Under the pieces are notes generated by a model. That model worked only from the letters and a program-made list of their open reading frames with translations, did no database searches and was not told the DNA's origin. Made by a program: the position numbers and the translations under genes. A DNA stretch of 34,281 bases. It comes from Tolypothrix carrinoi HA7290-LM1. Its GTDB lineage: Bacteria > Cyanobacteriota > Cyanobacteriia > Cyanobacteriales > Nostocaceae. Numbering within the stretch: the stretch's first letter is position 1; every line of letters starts with the position of its first letter. This document shows, in pieces, positions 32,314 through 34,281 of the stretch. The stretch is taken from assembly GCA_019358935.1 (NCBI GenBank), contig JAHHIK010000091.1:1-34281 (forward strand), written 5' to 3'.

Positions 32314-33804
32314 ATGGAGATTCAAAAACAGTTTAGTTTTATTGGAAATTTAAATAAATTGCATGAAACTGATGACCAGCCAATTGAAAATTTCATTGCT
32401 ATTATTCACTGCTATAAAAATGGAAATATTTTCATTGAAATTGATTCAACAACAAATGAAAGTTTGAATCATAAAATATTTTATGAGTCTGCCCCAATAT
32501 ATAAAGTTAAACATCCTATACAGTTTCAAGAAGAGGAAATATTTGAGTGTTGTTTATTTGTTCAACTAGATGAACTTGAAAAAGATTTAGTTCAAACTCC
32601 TTATGAAGGTGATTACATAATTGAAGGAAAAACGTTTGAAGGATGGGCTATAAAAGCAAACATCGCAGATGCTAATTTTAGTGTTTCTTTTGGAAACATT
32701 GATATACAGGAATTTGCGGAAAATACTAAAAAATATTTAGTTAGATTAAGTGATTTATATATTGACTATAATCCTCAACATATTAAAGGCAAAACATTAG
32801 AATCTATCTATGGTATTTCTAATGTAGAAGTATTATCTAATCTTTCAACTTATTTTCTGGATTCTAAATATGAATTGAGTCTTATCTCTGCATCTAGAGG
32901 TAAGAAAGATGCTGAAGTTATAAGTGCTGAAATGATTTTTAGAGTTATAGATGAAGATGATTTTGAAGAAATATCATATGATACTTATTTCGCCTGGTTT
33001 GAACTATTAATTTCATTTGCAACGGGAAAATGTATAAAACAAATCTATAGAATTGAAACAACTCAGAGTATTAGCGGGCAGAAAAAGATAGAGTTTTGGT
33101 CTGGCGATCAAGTTTTCATAAAAGGTCGTGGAGTTGCTGTAATACAGCAGCCACATTTACATTTATTTATTCAGCAATGTTCTTCAAAAGTAACATGGGT
33201 CAACTTCAGTGATAAAGGACTAGGTTCAGCGTTACGTTGGTACGTTGAAGCATTTACTAGCAGCACAGTTTCGGTAGAGTTTATGCTACTATGTACAGTT
33301 TTAGAAACACTAAATAAAAATCACTCATCTAATTTTAGCAGTAGACTGATTCCTAAGCATATGTATAAAGGGATTCGGGAGCAAATTTTGAGTTTTCTAG
33401 ATCAATACGAAAAAAGTATTGATGATGAAAATATTTTGGCAAAGTATCATATATTCAAAGCCAAAGTTGAGAAATCATTTGCTGATGGCTCATTTAATAA
33501 AGTGGGTAGTCTCAGAACAAGTCTTAAACAAATGCTGGAATTTTATAACGTTCCCTACAAAGACTTATTTCCAGAACTTGAATTCATCAAAATTAGAGAC
33601 AAAATTGTTCATGAAGGCTTCGGTGGCTTAGATATTGCACCAGAGCTTCGTAAACTTGCAAATCTTATAGTGCGTATAATTCTCTCTATACTTGAGTATC
33701 AAGGTCATTACATTGAGTCCAGAAGACTAGAGATTGAGCATGAAATGGGTCGAAGCAAGCACGGTCTTGCTTACAAATTTTTTCCTTTTCAGGATGAATG
33801 TTAA
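32314..33804 (+). CDS. ApeA-like protein with C-terminal HEPN domain
   Basis: R-x4-H motif IRDKIVHEG and upstream helix LLCTVLETL; visibly AT-rich gene. Confidence 0.65.
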   Translation: MEIQKQFSFIGNLNKLHETDDQPIENFIAIIHCYKNGNIFIEIDSTTNESLNHKIFYESAPIYKVKHPIQFQEEEIFECCLFVQLDELEKDLVQTPYEGDYIIEGKTFEGWAIKANIADANFSVSFGNIDIQEFAENTKKYLVRLSDLYIDYNPQHIKGKTLESIYGISNVEVLSNLSTYFLDSKYELSLISASRGKKDAEVISAEMIFRVIDEDDFEEISYDTYFAWFELLISFATGKCIKQIYRIETTQSISGQKKIEFWSGDQVFIKGRGVAVIQQPHLHLFIQQCSSKVTWVNFSDKGLGSALRWYVEAFTSSTVSVEFMLLCTVLETLNKNHSSNFSSRLIPKHMYKGIREQILSFLDQYEKSIDDENILAKYHIFKAKVEKSFADGSFNKVGSLRTSLKQMLEFYNVPYKDLFPELEFIKIRDKIVHEGFGGLDIAPELRKLANLIVRIILSILEYQGHYIESRRLEIEHEMGRSKHGLAYKFFPFQDEC

Positions 33805-33867
33805 TCACAATAACCATTCTGGATTTACATTTGCAGTCTTTTTGTAGTATATTGTATTATATTAATA

Positions 33868-34078
33868 TCCTGCGTGCCCCAACTCTTGGAGCCTACATAC
33901 TAGTACGAGAGGAAAAGTAACACTGTCAAATACAGTGGGCGTGTGTGAACGGGGAGTACGAAGAACCTGGGAGGTAGGCTTAAAAGTAGCTATCCTTGAA
34001 AGAGTGTGTAACAACTCACTCTTTGGAGTCCCTCTAGTAACTGAGAACACGCAATGCTCCACCAACTTGCACGCAGGA
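33868..34078 (+). ncRNA. Scaffold unit 6 with 23S sarcin-ricin loop and H42-H44 (L11-binding) mimic
   Basis: TCCTGCGTGC/GCACGCAGGA; TGGAGC/GCTCCA; CTAGTACGAGAGGA at 33900-33913; GGAGGTAGGCTTAAAAGTAGCTATCCTTGAAAGAGTGTGTAACAACTCACT at 33970-34020. Confidence 0.85.
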
Positions 34079-34155
34079 ATTGTACTACTTCCTAAGTAGG
34101 AGGCTATCGATTAACAAAATTAAAATTAACTTCAAGTCTTTGACTTTAATACTTC

Positions 34156-34281
34156 CAGGACTTACGCAACTGGCACAAGCAATGGCGCGGCTGCGCCGCG
34201 CCGAGCGCCTAAAAACTAAACTATAGACATAACAATGTCCGGACGTTTTAGTTGCTCGATTAGATAATTGGAAAGTAAGTT
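34156..34281. mobile_element. Left end of an IS/MITE of the AGGACTTACGCA family, running off the window
   Basis: CAGGACTTACGCAACTGGCAC at 34156. Confidence 0.55.

Noticed and set aside
33900..34020. Genuine or fragmented 23S rRNA gene
   Set aside because: Only two short non-contiguous modules, in reverse 23S order, inside the shared scaffold.
33862..34065. 67-aa minus-strand ORF
   Set aside because: Antisense to the unit 6 RNA.

Overview
Segment of a large conjugative plasmid (or plasmid-derived island) from a heterocyst-forming cyanobacterium, judged from frequent HIP1 GCGATCGC sites, STRR heptamer repeats and HIP1-targeted micro-insertions. From 1 to about 28 kb it carries ordinary plasmid cargo: the 3' end of a group II intron in an AAA ATPase, a tyrosine recombinase, Tn3 and IS1182 remnants, a decayed group II intron inside a Tn3 terminal repeat, an SF2 helicase, a Pol I-like polymerase, an M23 peptidase, a VirD4-like coupling protein and a CHAT-TIR-AAA_35 / AAA_35-M4 gene pair. 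The notable region is 28.25-34.08 kb. A promoter with an rrn-type boxA precedes a mini-tmRNA and six ncRNAs that share one covarying Y-RNA-like scaffold (GYGCCC...AGY-N-TACAYA [cargo] GCTY...CTTGYRC). Each scaffold carries a different mimic of the translation apparatus: tRNA bodies (CUA and UGA anticodons), a permuted YrlA-type tRNA, a lone Phe anticodon stem-loop, permuted 23S H67-H71, and 23S sarcin-ricin loop plus L11-binding domain. They surround a Ro60/TROVE-like vWA protein, a possible ubiquitin-like protein, a SEC-C gene that needs two +1 frameshifts and an ApeA-like HEPN gene. All family calls and rRNA comparisons were made by eye and from memory; no database search was run.
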